From assembly GCA_016926455.1 (NCBI GenBank), contig JAFGOO010000074.1, positions 1 to 45,452 on the forward strand: DNA of 45,452 nucleotides, written 5' to 3'. Under the pieces are notes generated by a model. It did not search any database and was not told where the DNA came from. It saw only the letters and a program-made list of their open reading frames with translations. The DNA is from Methanosarcinaceae archaeon. GTDB taxonomy: Archaea; Halobacteriota; Methanosarcinia; Methanosarcinales; Methanosarcinaceae. Shown piece after piece: positions 20,418 to 30,818 of this stretch; position 1 is the first letter of the stretch, and each line of letters starts with the position of its first letter. Position numbers and translations under genes: made by a program.

Positions 20418-21128
20418 TCAATCTTGATACTCTGTAAAATATTCTTTTTTAATACGCTCCACTGGTATTCTAAAATCACTCATCAGTTGTACCATGACTT
20501 CCATAAGCCTTGGGGGACCGCATAGATAGAATACGCGTTCCCTGTAATCCGCTATCTCCCTTGCTATCAAGTTCTCGCAGATCCGCTCTCGGCAACCTTT
20601 CCATTCATCTCCTGCCCGTGTCAGTGTGTGCACAACTTTCAGGTTTTTGTTCTGCAATTGTAACTGCTCAAGTTCGTCCCTGAAAGCAATGTCTTTCTCG
20701 GTTTTATTACTGCTCACAAGAGTTACTTTGGTCCCGAGTTTTAGGTCAGTGCAGTACCTGCAGATACTTATCATTGGAGTAATCCCAATGCCTCCACTTA
20801 GAAGTGCTATTTTATTGTATTCCCCTTCAAAGGTCATCTGTCCATAAGGACCGTCAATACCCACTAAATCACCGGTGACCAAGACATCAAGAACATTGGA
20901 AAAATCATGTCCAGTAAACTTTTTCGTAAATTCTATATGGTCTTTTTTGGTCGGGCTGCTTGAGATGGTAAAAGGTTTGCGCATCTTTTCGTCCAAGACA
21001 TTAAGAGTGATGAACATGTATTGTCCAGCTTTATAATCAAAATCTACCGGTCTCTTAAACCTGAAACTTTTTACATCATGGGTCTGCTGTATGATTTCTG
21101 TGACAACTTCATCGAATTCCACAACCAA
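20418..21128 (-). CDS. FNR-like FAD/NAD(P)-binding oxidoreductase
   Basis: RKPFTISS (RxYS-type FAD motif), GGIGITPM NAD(P) motif and a LCGPP tail. TTG or GTG start. Confidence 0.78.
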   Translation of the reverse strand: MVVEFDEVVTEIIQQTHDVKSFRFKRPVDFDYKAGQYMFITLNVLDEKMRKPFTISSSPTKKDHIEFTKKFTGHDFSNVLDVLVTGDLVGIDGPYGQMTFEGEYNKIALLSGGIGITPMISICRYCTDLKLGTKVTLVSSNKTEKDIAFRDELEQLQLQNKNLKVVHTLTRAGDEWKGCRERICENLIAREIADYRERVFYLCGPPRLMEVMVQLMSDFRIPVERIKKEYFTEYQD

Positions 21129-21278
21129 TTACTCCCTTTATTCATTTCTTTTATAAACTTTCAGTTTTAAACATTGTTTCATCTACAACAACCTGATGAG
21201 TCCACTCATCCTTACCCCTTCAGATTTTATGGGCATTCTCTAAGATACGGAATCATTATCGGGATTTTACGACATCAT

Positions 21279-21470
21279 TTATGGAAGTGTTATTGCTCCC
21301 TTCGGGCACTCCTCAACACATGCCCCACACTCGGTACAGTCATCCGGAAGTGCAACAATAACTTTTATGTTTCCAGATTCGTCTTCTTTCAGTTCCAGTA
21401 CATCCATAGGGCATATCTCAACACATGCCCCGATTCCATCACATTTGTTCCTATCTATCTCTGGTGGCAT
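21279..21470 (-). CDS. 2x[4Fe-4S] ferredoxin
   Basis: 63 aa with CDGIGACVEICP and CTECGACVEECP cluster motifs. Confidence 0.85.
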   Translation of the reverse strand: MPPEIDRNKCDGIGACVEICPMDVLELKEDESGNIKVIVALPDDCTECGACVEECPKGAITLP

Positions 21471-21781
21471 ATACTCTAACCCCCCAATATTTATCCGCCT
21501 ATTATTTATCCTCAGAACGTAACTCGGGCTTTACCGACCTTTCCTGAATATTGCGTGCGAATGTCAAAGCATGCAACAACCCAGATTATTAGCCCACGTT
21601 TTTCCTGAAACTTAGATTAGACTTCAGTATATATCTATTTTTTGTCAGTTTTATTTTACTTTTTTGGAGGGTGATTGATATTGGATATGCATGTTTCATA
21701 TTTTGCTGCAAAAAGGAGAAAGATGCGTTTTGAAATAGGTTCTTTAAATAATATCAACTCAAATAGCGTAATTAAAATAAT

Positions 21782-22087
21782 ATGGAAAAAAACATGTATC
21801 TGCAAATAGCAATAGTTGCTTACGTAGTGGTCCTGTTCCTTACAATGCGTGATATTCGTATCTTTAAACGCACAGGGATTGTTTCATACAGAAAGGGAGC
21901 CTTGAAGGGAATTGTAGCCTCAACCATAGTACTGATTGGTGTTTTGATGGTTGGAGTTAATTCAGAACTGGGCATTCTCATCGTATTGATAGGTCTTTAT
22001 ATTAATCAAAAGGGTGTTCGAGAAAATGTTTTTACAGATGCGACAGCACTTGAGCGGCTGCTGGGAAAGACGGATTACCACAGGTAA
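21782..22087 (+). CDS. hypothetical small membrane protein
   Basis: 101 aa with three predicted hydrophobic helices and no recognisable family. Confidence 0.4.
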   Translation: MEKNMYLQIAIVAYVVVLFLTMRDIRIFKRTGIVSYRKGALKGIVASTIVLIGVLMVGVNSELGILIVLIGLYINQKGVRENVFTDATALERLLGKTDYHR

Positions 22088-22186
22088 AAGGCCGTGTATG
22101 TGGGTTCACATCACAAACAAAGCTTAAATATATAACAGTGTTTTAAGTTCCCGGAGCGAACCACAATTTTTATCTGGTGAAATAAG

Positions 22187-23785
22187 ATGGCAGAAATCAC
22201 TCATTGGGCAGATACTGTAGCAGAAGATGCACTGAAGCTTGGCAAACAGCACATCGTTGCAAGTGGTATTACACCGTCTGGACATATCCATATCGGTAAC
22301 ATGCGGGAAGTTGTGACCGCAGACGCTGCTTACCGGGCATTGATTGATAAAGGTGCAGAAGCAGAATTGATTTACATAGCAGATAACTTTGACCCTCTTC
22401 GAAAGATTTATCCATTCCTTCAGGAAAGTTATGCAGAACATGTTGGGAAGCCATTATCAGAGATACCATGCCCCTGTGGAAAGTGCAAAAACTATGCCGA
22501 ACATTTTCTGAAACCATTCTTTGAGGCTCTGAAACGTCTTGGAATTCGCCCGAAGGTATACAGGGTTGACGAACTATACAAAAACGGCGCATACACAGAG
22601 GCAATAAAGACAGCGCTCATCAAACGGGATAAGATTGCAAGGATAATAGAAGAACTGACCGGAAAGACGATAGCTTCCGACTGGAGCCCATTTAACCCAG
22701 TATGCAGCAGTTGTGGAAGAATTAACACCACCAAGGTAACAGGTTTTGACGCTGATGCAGAGACAGTGGACTATACCTGTTCCTGCGGACACTCAGGTGC
22801 TGTATCAATGAAAGGTGGTGGCAAACTCACCTGGCGCGTGGACTGGGCTGCCCGGTGGAAGATTTTGGGTGTGACCGTTGAACCCTTCGGTAAGGACCAT
22901 GCATCAAAGGGAGGTTCATACGACACAGGCGTTCGAATAACAAGGGAGATATATGGGTACGAGCCGCCGCATCCAATCGTGTACGAGTGGATCATGCTCG
23001 GAAAGAAAGGTGCAATGTCGTCCTCAACCGGTGTTGTTGTCTCGATTTCGGATATGCTGAAAGTGGTACCACCCGAGATATTGAGGTATCTTATCATCAG
23101 GACAAAGCCTGAAAAGCATATCCAGTTCGACCCTGCTCTGCCGCTTCTCACACTGGTTGAAGATTATGAAAGGTTAAAATCCACCACAAATGCAATAGGA
23201 TACGATAAGCGCGTCTTTGGACTGTCCCATGCAACCGGTATATGCCACACGGATCTTTCCTTCAAACATATGGTTACCATTTACCAAGTTGCGGATGGTG
23301 ACTTTGGCCAAATAATAAAGATCGCTGGGCGTGCAGGATACGATACCAGGAATGAAAAATGCATAAGGGAACTTGCAGATAATGTGGGAAACTGGCTTGA
23401 GATGTATGCCCCTCCCTTTGCAAAGTTCAGTGTAAAGGAAACTCTCCCTGTCCAGGCTGCAACGCTTTCGAAGGTGCAAAAGGCGTTCCTTGGTGCGTTT
23501 GCAGAGATCATGGACGAAAGCGGTGAGTTGAGTGGTGAGGATTACCATAATCTTGTTTACACTGCAGCAGAAGAAGGTTCTCCGATACATGCAAGGATGA
23601 TGCAGGTCCTTGGACTTGAAATTGAGCCAGTAGTATTGAGCGTGAATCCAAAAGACATGTTCAAGGCAATTTACATTGCATTGCTCGGACAGCAGTCAGG
23701 TCCCAAGGCAGGCTGGTTCCTGTCCTCTCTTGAGAAGGATTTTCTGGTGGAACGCTTCAGGAGCGCTTCGATCTATAAACCATAG
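22187..23785 (+). CDS. lysK: lysine-tRNA ligase, class I
   Basis: [17 protein letters not shown] (HIGH-type motif) and KMSSS-type GAMSSSTG; 532 aa, typical of archaeal LysK. Confidence 0.93.
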   Translation: MAEITHWADTVAEDALKLGKQHIVASGITPSGHIHIGNMREVVTADAAYRALIDKGAEAELIYIADNFDPLRKIYPFLQESYAEHVGKPLSEIPCPCGKCKNYAEHFLKPFFEALKRLGIRPKVYRVDELYKNGAYTEAIKTALIKRDKIARIIEELTGKTIASDWSPFNPVCSSCGRINTTKVTGFDADAETVDYTCSCGHSGAVSMKGGGKLTWRVDWAARWKILGVTVEPFGKDHASKGGSYDTGVRITREIYGYEPPHPIVYEWIMLGKKGAMSSSTGVVVSISDMLKVVPPEILRYLIIRTKPEKHIQFDPALPLLTLVEDYERLKSTTNAIGYDKRVFGLSHATGICHTDLSFKHMVTIYQVADGDFGQIIKIAGRAGYDTRNEKCIRELADNVGNWLEMYAPPFAKFSVKETLPVQAATLSKVQKAFLGAFAEIMDESGELSGEDYHNLVYTAAEEGSPIHARMMQVLGLEIEPVVLSVNPKDMFKAIYIALLGQQSGPKAGWFLSSLEKDFLVERFRSASIYKP

Positions 23786-23790
23786 GAAGT

Positions 23791-24453
23791 ATGGGTCCAA
23801 CATCAAAACCAAAGTCTCATTTCTTGGCATGGGAGCAGGAATACAGTCATGTGATATGGGGAGGACCGAGGTCAATCTACGTGGTACGCACCCACCTGAA
23901 TCTTGGAAACCGCGTGCTGGATGCAGGGTGCGGGAACGGGCGTTATCTTCTACCATTGTCACGGATGTACCATACAGTCGGTGTCGATGTATCAGCCAAA
24001 GCCATTAAAATATCGAAATCTTATCTTGAAAAAGGCAACCTATATGCTGAGTATGCAGTATCGGCGATACATCAACTACCTTTTGCTGAAAAATCCTTCG
24101 ATGCAATTGTGTGTTTTGGTGTTCTACAGCACCTTTTTGAAGATGAGAGACGTGCTGCACTGGATGAGTTCAGGAGGGTTCTGGTGCTAGGTGGTTTGCT
24201 GTTTGCTGAGGTGCTTGGGGTGGAAGACATGAGGTATGGGGGGGAGGAGGTCGAACCTCATACCTTTTTGCGTAGGAATGGTATAATCTACCATTATTTT
24301 ACCTCAGAAGAACTGGAATCACTTCTGGATGGTTTTGAAACAGAGGTAATCGAGGACATAAAAAAGGAAAAAACGTTCAAGGGCAAATCTTACACCCGCC
24401 ACAGAATACAATCTGTGGCGCGTCTTAAAAATCAGAACGCTATTCCAAGATAA
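23791..24453 (+). CDS. class I SAM-dependent methyltransferase
   Basis: VLDAGCGNGRY motif I and FDAIVCFGVLQHL motif II/III. Confidence 0.8.
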   Translation: MGPTSKPKSHFLAWEQEYSHVIWGGPRSIYVVRTHLNLGNRVLDAGCGNGRYLLPLSRMYHTVGVDVSAKAIKISKSYLEKGNLYAEYAVSAIHQLPFAEKSFDAIVCFGVLQHLFEDERRAALDEFRRVLVLGGLLFAEVLGVEDMRYGGEEVEPHTFLRRNGIIYHYFTSEELESLLDGFETEVIEDIKKEKTFKGKSYTRHRIQSVARLKNQNAIPR

Positions 24454-24698
24454 TGAAGCAGGATAATAAGAAGCGCTCCGACCGAACCTGCGACTGCACA
24501 TGTCAAGATAACAATCCAGCTATAGGCAATTCCAAGACCAAACACAACGTTTGCAACAACCAGCATTACAAGGCCCACAACCGTGTTTATTAACATATGC
24601 TTGATTGTTTTTAATATCTTGTACAGTAGTATTGCTGCGATTATTGCAACCAAAAAAACGATTAGTTCTGTTAATGGCATGTTTATCCCCTTTAACAT
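24432..24698 (-). CDS. BofA-family small membrane protein
   Basis: 88 aa; INTVVGLVMLVVANVVFGLGIAYSW...GSVGALLIILL resembles the BofA (PF07441-type) pattern. Its 3' end overlaps the convergent methyltransferase by 22 nt. Confidence 0.5.
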   Translation of the reverse strand: MLKGINMPLTELIVFLVAIIAAILLYKILKTIKHMLINTVVGLVMLVVANVVFGLGIAYSWIVILTCAVAGSVGALLIILLHYLGIAF

Positions 24699-24734
24699 TA
24701 AAAACTGTAATATTTAATTGTTGCTATCAGATGA

Positions 24735-25160
24735 TTACGCATCCCTATTTTTTAAAGATTCAGCAAATTCACGAAGGATATTTTCCAGATGTTCCTGACC
24801 AGTATACTCTTTAATCTGAATATTTGGGTTTCCAAGGATCATGGCTGAAACATTTGCTTCTGGCTTATGTAGGCACAGCACAGGCAACCTGAGCCCTAGG
24901 GAGCGACATATTTCATATCCCACACCTATGGATGGGACCGTGACCTCAGCAATCAGGCAGTCACTTTTTTTCAGCAGGTTCATATCGCGCCCGTAGATGT
25001 CCTGCTCGGTAATGCTTGATTCTGTTTCAGCGATATCTTTATCAACTACATGTAAGCTCGTGACATCAAATCCCAAGTGGTTCAAGAAATCGCAGATATG
25101 CTGATATACAGGCAGCATTTGACGACCACCCCTTATGGAACCTGAGAAAAATACCTTCAT
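24735..25160 (-). CDS. nucleoside 2-deoxyribosyltransferase-like protein (DNPH1/Rcl-like N-hydrolase family)
   Basis: MKVFFSGSIRGGR... and ...AEVTVPSIGVGYEI motifs characteristic of the DNPH1 family. ATGA overlap with the upstream U32 gene. Confidence 0.7.
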   Translation of the reverse strand: MKVFFSGSIRGGRQMLPVYQHICDFLNHLGFDVTSLHVVDKDIAETESSITEQDIYGRDMNLLKKSDCLIAEVTVPSIGVGYEICRSLGLRLPVLCLHKPEANVSAMILGNPNIQIKEYTGQEHLENILREFAESLKNRDA

Positions 25161-27610
25161 ATGACACCCCGGAAATAATGTCCTTTAGTGTAACCTTCTG
25201 TTATGTCCTTGCAGGATATTCGCACATTTTCACCTTCCTCAAAACATTTGTTAAGAGCATTCCTATAAGCCTTTGTAATCCTTTCGATATGGCTGGATTC
25301 AACTGCTCTTGCGTCTATTCGAATACTTGAGACACCGGCTTTGACTATTTCTGGAATGTTTTCAAGCAGGCACAGTTCTTTTGAGTTCAGTAGATAGGTC
25401 CTACAATTAGAATCCATCCTGATGGGAAATGCATATCCTTTCTCGTCTACAAGTTCAAAATCACCGTCTTCACAAGGTGAAGTACATTCCCCAGAACCGC
25501 CGAGAATTCCACTTACCAGACAATGCTCTGATTCCATTAGAGTCAGGCGTCCATGAACTATACATTCAACTGTGCCGGATGTGGTTATTTGTTTTATCTG
25601 CTCAAAGGTCAGTTCCGGCGATAGTACAGCCATTAAGGCACCGTGTTTAAGGAAAAATTCAAGGGACTTCTGGTTGAACACATTGAGGGGGCTGTCAGCT
25701 ATTATTGCAAGTCCTGCCTGCTTTGCAAGTTTGAAAACTCCTAGATTGGACACCAGTACCCCATCAGCAACGAATGTTTTTGCAGTTGAAAGTGTTTCCC
25801 TGACCGAATCCATTTCACCATTTTTGACGATCCGTGGTGTATCTAGATATATCTTTTTTCCAGCCTCATGTACATTTTGCACAGACGCTTCAAGATCTGG
25901 AGTCCCTGAAACATGGTACATCTCGCTTCCAATGTATATCGCATCCGCACCACCTTTAACGGCACTCTGAACGCCTTCAAAATTGGTCACACTGACGGAA
26001 AGCAGGGTTTTTCTGGTTTTATCTTTTTCAAACGATGTTATTTCTTTAATGTAGGGAATTTTTGGTGACCGTTTCCATCTTGTTATTCGCATCGCTTCAA
26101 GCTTGGATATTGTCTGATTTCTGTCAACATTCAACTGCCCCATGGGGACAAATATATCATTGTCGGTTTTGACATCGATGGCAACGGTCTCAAAAACAGT
26201 GTTCCCAAGTTTTCCCAGTTGCTTTTTGATCTGCTCGGAGGTTGTTGGTTTTTTAACAGCGTGTTCAACCACATAATCTGAGTTTGTGTGCACCATAATA
26301 TGATCATGATCTTCGATTTGTAATTCAAACGGTGAGCCTGCAACAGCTTTTGCTGTGATGGTAACAGGTATTTTTCGTATTGGAAAGGTAGATGTAAACG
26401 TTTTTTTCAGGGATTCCATAAGCGATTTATCCAGTGTCCTGTACACAATACTTCCTTTATCTACCTCCTTTTCAAAGGGGATATCAACAACGTATCCCCC
26501 CTCGGCATGGGTTGTTATTCTGTCGTCTATGTACATACGGTACACTGTCTCACCACTCACAACTGCACCCTCGATTCCAATCCCATCACCTGTATCCAGT
26601 GGAGCGGTAAGCACAACACGTACTCGCTTCTGTTTCCGGTCGTAACCGGCAACCATACCTATGGGTATTCCCCGATTGTAGGGACGAAAGCGGTTCATAA
26701 GTTTGCCGCGTGGGTTTCCTAGAAGGTATCCTTCTGTGAACTCCCTGTTAAAGAGCTGTTCAAGGCATAGGATTTCTTCTTCATAGACAAAATAGCCTGA
26801 AGGGTCTTCCAAATACCTGTCTATTAGGTTACGGTATACATGCACAACACCGGCCACATATTCAGGCCGCTTCATTCGCCCTTCAATTTTAAAGGAATCA
26901 ATTCCAGCATCTATGAGTTCCGGTAGGATGCGGCTTGTGTTGAGGTCTTTCGGGCTTAACAGGTACTCACCGTCAGTTTCAACCTTTCTCCCATCAATCT
27001 TTAAATTGTATTTTTTTCGGCATGGCTGAGCGCAGTGTCCCCGATTACCGCTTCTACCTCCGATAATACTGCTTAATAGGCACTGGCCTGAATAAGAAAT
27101 ACAGAGGGCACCATGTATGAATGTTTCGACCTCTATGCCGGTTATCTCTTTAATTTCTCTGATTTCTTCCAGTGTCAACTCTCTTGCAAGTACGACTCTT
27201 TTAACTCCCATACTCTGCAGAAATCGAACCCCTTCGATGTTGTGAACTGTCATCTGAGTACTTGCATGTATAGGAAGTTCAGGTACCAGTTCCCTTGCAA
27301 GTGAGATCAGTCCGATATCCTGCACGATCACAGAATCAACTCCAAACTCTGTTAGGGTGTACAGGGTATTGACGGCATTTTCTATTTCGCTGTCTTTTAT
27401 CAGGGTATTCAGGGTGACGTATGTTTTAACGCCTCGAAGGTGGGCATAGTCGATGACATCCATAAGTTCGTTGATGGTAAAATTAGTAGCATAACTCCTT
27501 GCACTTAATGCCTTCGCTCCAAGGTATACGGCATCTGCACCATTCTCAATTGCAGCCATTAGAGATTCCATATCTCCTGCCGGAGCTAGTAGTTCGGGTT
27601 TCTTGGTCAT
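25157..27610 (-). CDS. peptidase-U32-family protein with two tandem U32 domains
   Basis: 817 aa. The N-terminal KPELLAPAGD...AIENGADAVYLG recurs internally as ...AVKGGADAIYIGS. Conserved Cys clusters (GALCISYSGQC, RSGNRGHCAQPC; EHCLVSG...GECTSPC). Confidence 0.85.
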   Translation of the reverse strand: MTKKPELLAPAGDMESLMAAIENGADAVYLGAKALSARSYATNFTINELMDVIDYAHLRGVKTYVTLNTLIKDSEIENAVNTLYTLTEFGVDSVIVQDIGLISLARELVPELPIHASTQMTVHNIEGVRFLQSMGVKRVVLARELTLEEIREIKEITGIEVETFIHGALCISYSGQCLLSSIIGGRSGNRGHCAQPCRKKYNLKIDGRKVETDGEYLLSPKDLNTSRILPELIDAGIDSFKIEGRMKRPEYVAGVVHVYRNLIDRYLEDPSGYFVYEEEILCLEQLFNREFTEGYLLGNPRGKLMNRFRPYNRGIPIGMVAGYDRKQKRVRVVLTAPLDTGDGIGIEGAVVSGETVYRMYIDDRITTHAEGGYVVDIPFEKEVDKGSIVYRTLDKSLMESLKKTFTSTFPIRKIPVTITAKAVAGSPFELQIEDHDHIMVHTNSDYVVEHAVKKPTTSEQIKKQLGKLGNTVFETVAIDVKTDNDIFVPMGQLNVDRNQTISKLEAMRITRWKRSPKIPYIKEITSFEKDKTRKTLLSVSVTNFEGVQSAVKGGADAIYIGSEMYHVSGTPDLEASVQNVHEAGKKIYLDTPRIVKNGEMDSVRETLSTAKTFVADGVLVSNLGVFKLAKQAGLAIIADSPLNVFNQKSLEFFLKHGALMAVLSPELTFEQIKQITTSGTVECIVHGRLTLMESEHCLVSGILGGSGECTSPCEDGDFELVDEKGYAFPIRMDSNCRTYLLNSKELCLLENIPEIVKAGVSSIRIDARAVESSHIERITKAYRNALNKCFEEGENVRISCKDITEGYTKGHYFRGVI

Positions 27611-27801
27611 GTTGCTTGGGGGGAGCAGTAGTGCTGCTACACAATTGCCCTAGGGATCGAATTTCTTGTTTTGTTAGTCATTGAAGGAAAAACAATCGCT
27701 CGTCTATAATGAATTAACTATTTTAATCTGCATTTTTATTAAGGTTAAGCTTATGTTAGATGTATATATTGTAGTACCAAAAACGATAAAGGACTGATTC
27801 A

Positions 27802-28677
27802 ATGAAGATAAATCCAGCCTGTCCACACTGTTTACTGGCAAGAGTGCATTATGAGGCACAACTATCTACCGACGATGAAGAATTGCAGCACAAAGCTGTT
27901 ATTGGAGGCATCGATGTACTTAATGAGATTTATAAACGAGGTGTAACATCAGGTTCAGTTGCTACACTCATCCACAGAAAAGCATATGAAATTCTGAACG
28001 ATAACGACCCTTACTTTAAAGTAAAGCAGCAGAGTAACAGGGCTGCAAAAAGGTTACTGCCCTTTGCACATTCCTTGATTCATGAAGGGAACCCTGATAC
28101 AGGGGAATTATTCAAACGTGCAGTGCTTGCATCTGTCATCGGCAATTACTTTGATTTTGGTATACTGGAGTTCAATGTCACTGTAGATATGTTTGACAGA
28201 ACATTCACGGAACTTTTTGAACGCGGGCTGGATGTGGACGATACGCCTAGAATGCTTGAAATGCTTGATAATGTTGTCTATGTTGCTGATAATTGCGGTG
28301 AGATAGTGCTTGATACGCTGGTCTTTGATGTAATCAGGAATATGGGGTACAAAGTCACGCTGGTGGTCCGCGGTTCTCCCATACTTACGGATGTTACTAT
28401 GGAGGATGTCCGTACATTGGGCATCGATAAAAAAGTTGACCATGTACTTACCACAGGCTCGAATGCAGTGGGTGTTTGTTTTGAGGAAGCTCCTGATGAA
28501 CTTCTCGAAGCCTTTGACAGTGCATCCCTTATCATCAGCAAGGGAATGGCGAACTATGAGACCCTTTCAGAAAGAAAATTCAGGCCAATTGCCTATATGC
28601 TTCGTACCAAATGTCAGAGTGTGGCCAGTGACATGGGTCTTGAAGTGGGTTATTCGGTTGCAAAGTTACTGGAATGA
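27802..28677 (+). CDS. DUF89 / ARMT1-like damage-control phosphatase
   Basis: CPHCLL N-terminus, DNCGEIVLD and SKGMANYE motifs of the DUF89 family. Confidence 0.78.
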   Translation: MKINPACPHCLLARVHYEAQLSTDDEELQHKAVIGGIDVLNEIYKRGVTSGSVATLIHRKAYEILNDNDPYFKVKQQSNRAAKRLLPFAHSLIHEGNPDTGELFKRAVLASVIGNYFDFGILEFNVTVDMFDRTFTELFERGLDVDDTPRMLEMLDNVVYVADNCGEIVLDTLVFDVIRNMGYKVTLVVRGSPILTDVTMEDVRTLGIDKKVDHVLTTGSNAVGVCFEEAPDELLEAFDSASLIISKGMANYETLSERKFRPIAYMLRTKCQSVASDMGLEVGYSVAKLLE

Positions 28678-28692
28678 GAGAGGATATTGAAG

Positions 28693-28881
28693 ATGTGTGA
28701 ACTGAACGCATTGCTTGTTAGTGGAGATAAACGTGAACTTGTAATGGAATCGGTTACTAGGATGTTAGTTGACGGTGAGTCGATCGAACTTACCGGTATA
28801 TTTGGTGACAGGAAGATCGTTTCAGGTTCAATAAAGGAAGTAGATTTTTCGAAAGGGGAAACTATAATACTTGGGAAGTGA
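28693..28881 (+). CDS. CooT-family small protein (putative nickel-binding)
   Basis: 62 aa starting MCE... (Cys2); length and V-rich beta pattern resemble CooT/PF10133. A GAGAGGA RBS lies 9 nt upstream of ATG 28693; the track ORF starts at TTG 28687. Confidence 0.55.
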   Translation: MCELNALLVSGDKRELVMESVTRMLVDGESIELTGIFGDRKIVSGSIKEVDFSKGETIILGK

Positions 28882-28996
28882 GTAATAAAATATATAGACA
28901 CCTGGAATGGGGGTTTTTTGTAATTTCAGCACCTCTATATACATATATAGTAAAAACCTGACTATATCATATTAAATTAATTAGGAGTTATATCGA

Positions 28997-30004
28997 ATGG
29001 TAAAAGTAAAAGTTGCAGTAAATGGATATGGCACCATAGGGAAAAGAGTGGCAGATGCCGTAGCTATGCAGGATGATATGGAGATTATCGGTGTTTCCAA
29101 GACGAGACCAAATTTTGAAGCGGCAATGGCACAGCAAAAAGGTTATGATGTATATACGCTTGCAGACAGGGTGGGTAGCTTCGAAGAGGCAGGAATGCCT
29201 GCAGCTGGAACTGTGGAAGAAATGGTCCAGAATGCCGATGTGGTCGTTGACTGCACACCCGGAGGCATGGGAGAAGCAAACAAAGCTCTTTATGAAAAAG
29301 CAGGATCCAAGGCTATATGGCAGGGTGGTGAAGATCATGAACTTGCAGGTTGCTCTTTCAATGCCAACTCAAATTATGAAAAAGCACTTGGTCGTGATTT
29401 TGTAAGGGTTGTATCTTGTAACACAACCGGTCTCTGCAGGGTGATATCTCCTCTTGACAGGGAGTTTGGGATCAAAAAAGTGCGTGTGACTCTGCTTCGC
29501 AGATCTGCTGACCCCGGGGATATCAAACATGGTCCTATCAATGCTATTGTACCAAGTCCAATCAAACTACCATCACACCACGGTCCTGATGTAAAGACGG
29601 TGCTTCCTCAAATTGATATTACAACAACGGCCGTCAAAATCTCAACTACCTTGATGCATCTTCACACAGTAAACATGGAATTTACTGGTGAATGCACGGC
29701 AAAGGATGTTGAGGATGTGCTTGGAAAGCAGCCGCGTATCCGGTTCGTGGGTCAGGGCATAACATCGACTGCCGAGGTTATGGAACTTGCAAGGGATATG
29801 TTTCGTCCAAGAAGCGATATGTGGGAGAACTGTGTATGGAACGAATCTATCAGCATGTATGAAGGTGAGCTGTACTTCTTCCAAGCGATACATCAGGAAT
29901 CGGACGTTATTCCTGAAAATATCGATGCTATCCGCGCCATGATGGAAATTGAGACCAATGCTGAAAAGTCGATAGCAAAGACAAACAAAGCAATGGGTAT
30001 TTGA
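28997..30004 (+). CDS. gap: glyceraldehyde-3-phosphate dehydrogenase, archaeal type II
   Basis: VKVAVNGYGTIGKRVADA N-terminus and VSCNTTGL catalytic Cys motif. Confidence 0.93.
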   Translation: MVKVKVAVNGYGTIGKRVADAVAMQDDMEIIGVSKTRPNFEAAMAQQKGYDVYTLADRVGSFEEAGMPAAGTVEEMVQNADVVVDCTPGGMGEANKALYEKAGSKAIWQGGEDHELAGCSFNANSNYEKALGRDFVRVVSCNTTGLCRVISPLDREFGIKKVRVTLLRRSADPGDIKHGPINAIVPSPIKLPSHHGPDVKTVLPQIDITTTAVKISTTLMHLHTVNMEFTGECTAKDVEDVLGKQPRIRFVGQGITSTAEVMELARDMFRPRSDMWENCVWNESISMYEGELYFFQAIHQESDVIPENIDAIRAMMEIETNAEKSIAKTNKAMGI

Positions 30005-30013
30005 CCTGTTTTT

Positions 30014-30817
30014 ATGGTTCATGATTCAGGTTTTCTGGAACTCTGCAACCGTGCATCAAAGGCAGCAACGGAGGCTATTGTGGATTTTGTCGGCACAGCC
30101 GAGGCCAATAGGACGCTTTACCAAGGCGCTGACGGAACCGCGACAAAAGTGATAGACGAGGTTGCTGAGAATGCAATCTTTGAGGTCTTAAAAAGTGATG
30201 GCAGGTCAATGAGGATAGTGAGCGAGGAATTCGGGGAAAAGATATTTGGTAATAACCCGGAGTTTTCTGTTTTGCTTGACCCTCTTGATGGGACATACAA
30301 TGCTGCATTTGGTATTCCGTGTTATTGCGTATCGATTGCAATAGGTGATCCAGATTTGTCTAACACCCAGTTCGGGTATGTACGGAATCTCGCAGACGGG
30401 GAGACATATCATGCAGAATACGGGAAACATGCATACCTAAATGGCAAAAGAATTAAAACATCCGATAATTCGAATCTTAATGAGTTTTGCATAAGTGTTT
30501 ATGAATGCCACCCAAAGGTGCAGAGAACCACGAAGTTATGTAAAAAGGTTCGAAGAATAAGGATTCTTGGAAGCGTAGCACTGGAGTTGTGCTACGTGGC
30601 ATCAGGTAAGATAGATGCATTTATCGACGTTCGTGGCGCTCTGCGTTTAACTGATGTGGCTGCTGGAAAGTTTATAGTTGAGGAATCTGGAGGGGTTGTT
30701 ACCAATAGTCTTGGGGCTGGACTTAAGCTACCAGATAGTTTTGCCAATCGTGTGGATATGATCGCATCCAACGGATGTGCTCACATGGAAATCCTGAAAT
30801 TGTCTGCGAGGAGATAA
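30014..30817 (+). CDS. suhB: inositol monophosphatase / FBPase-family phosphatase (NADP-phosphatase type)
   Basis: SEE...LDPLDGT metal motif and ...WD-like second motif region. Sits 1 nt upstream of the NAD kinase gene. Confidence 0.8.
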   Translation: MVHDSGFLELCNRASKAATEAIVDFVGTAEANRTLYQGADGTATKVIDEVAENAIFEVLKSDGRSMRIVSEEFGEKIFGNNPEFSVLLDPLDGTYNAAFGIPCYCVSIAIGDPDLSNTQFGYVRNLADGETYHAEYGKHAYLNGKRIKTSDNSNLNEFCISVYECHPKVQRTTKLCKKVRRIRILGSVALELCYVASGKIDAFIDVRGALRLTDVAAGKFIVEESGGVVTNSLGAGLKLPDSFANRVDMIASNGCAHMEILKLSARR

Positions 30818-30818
30818 A

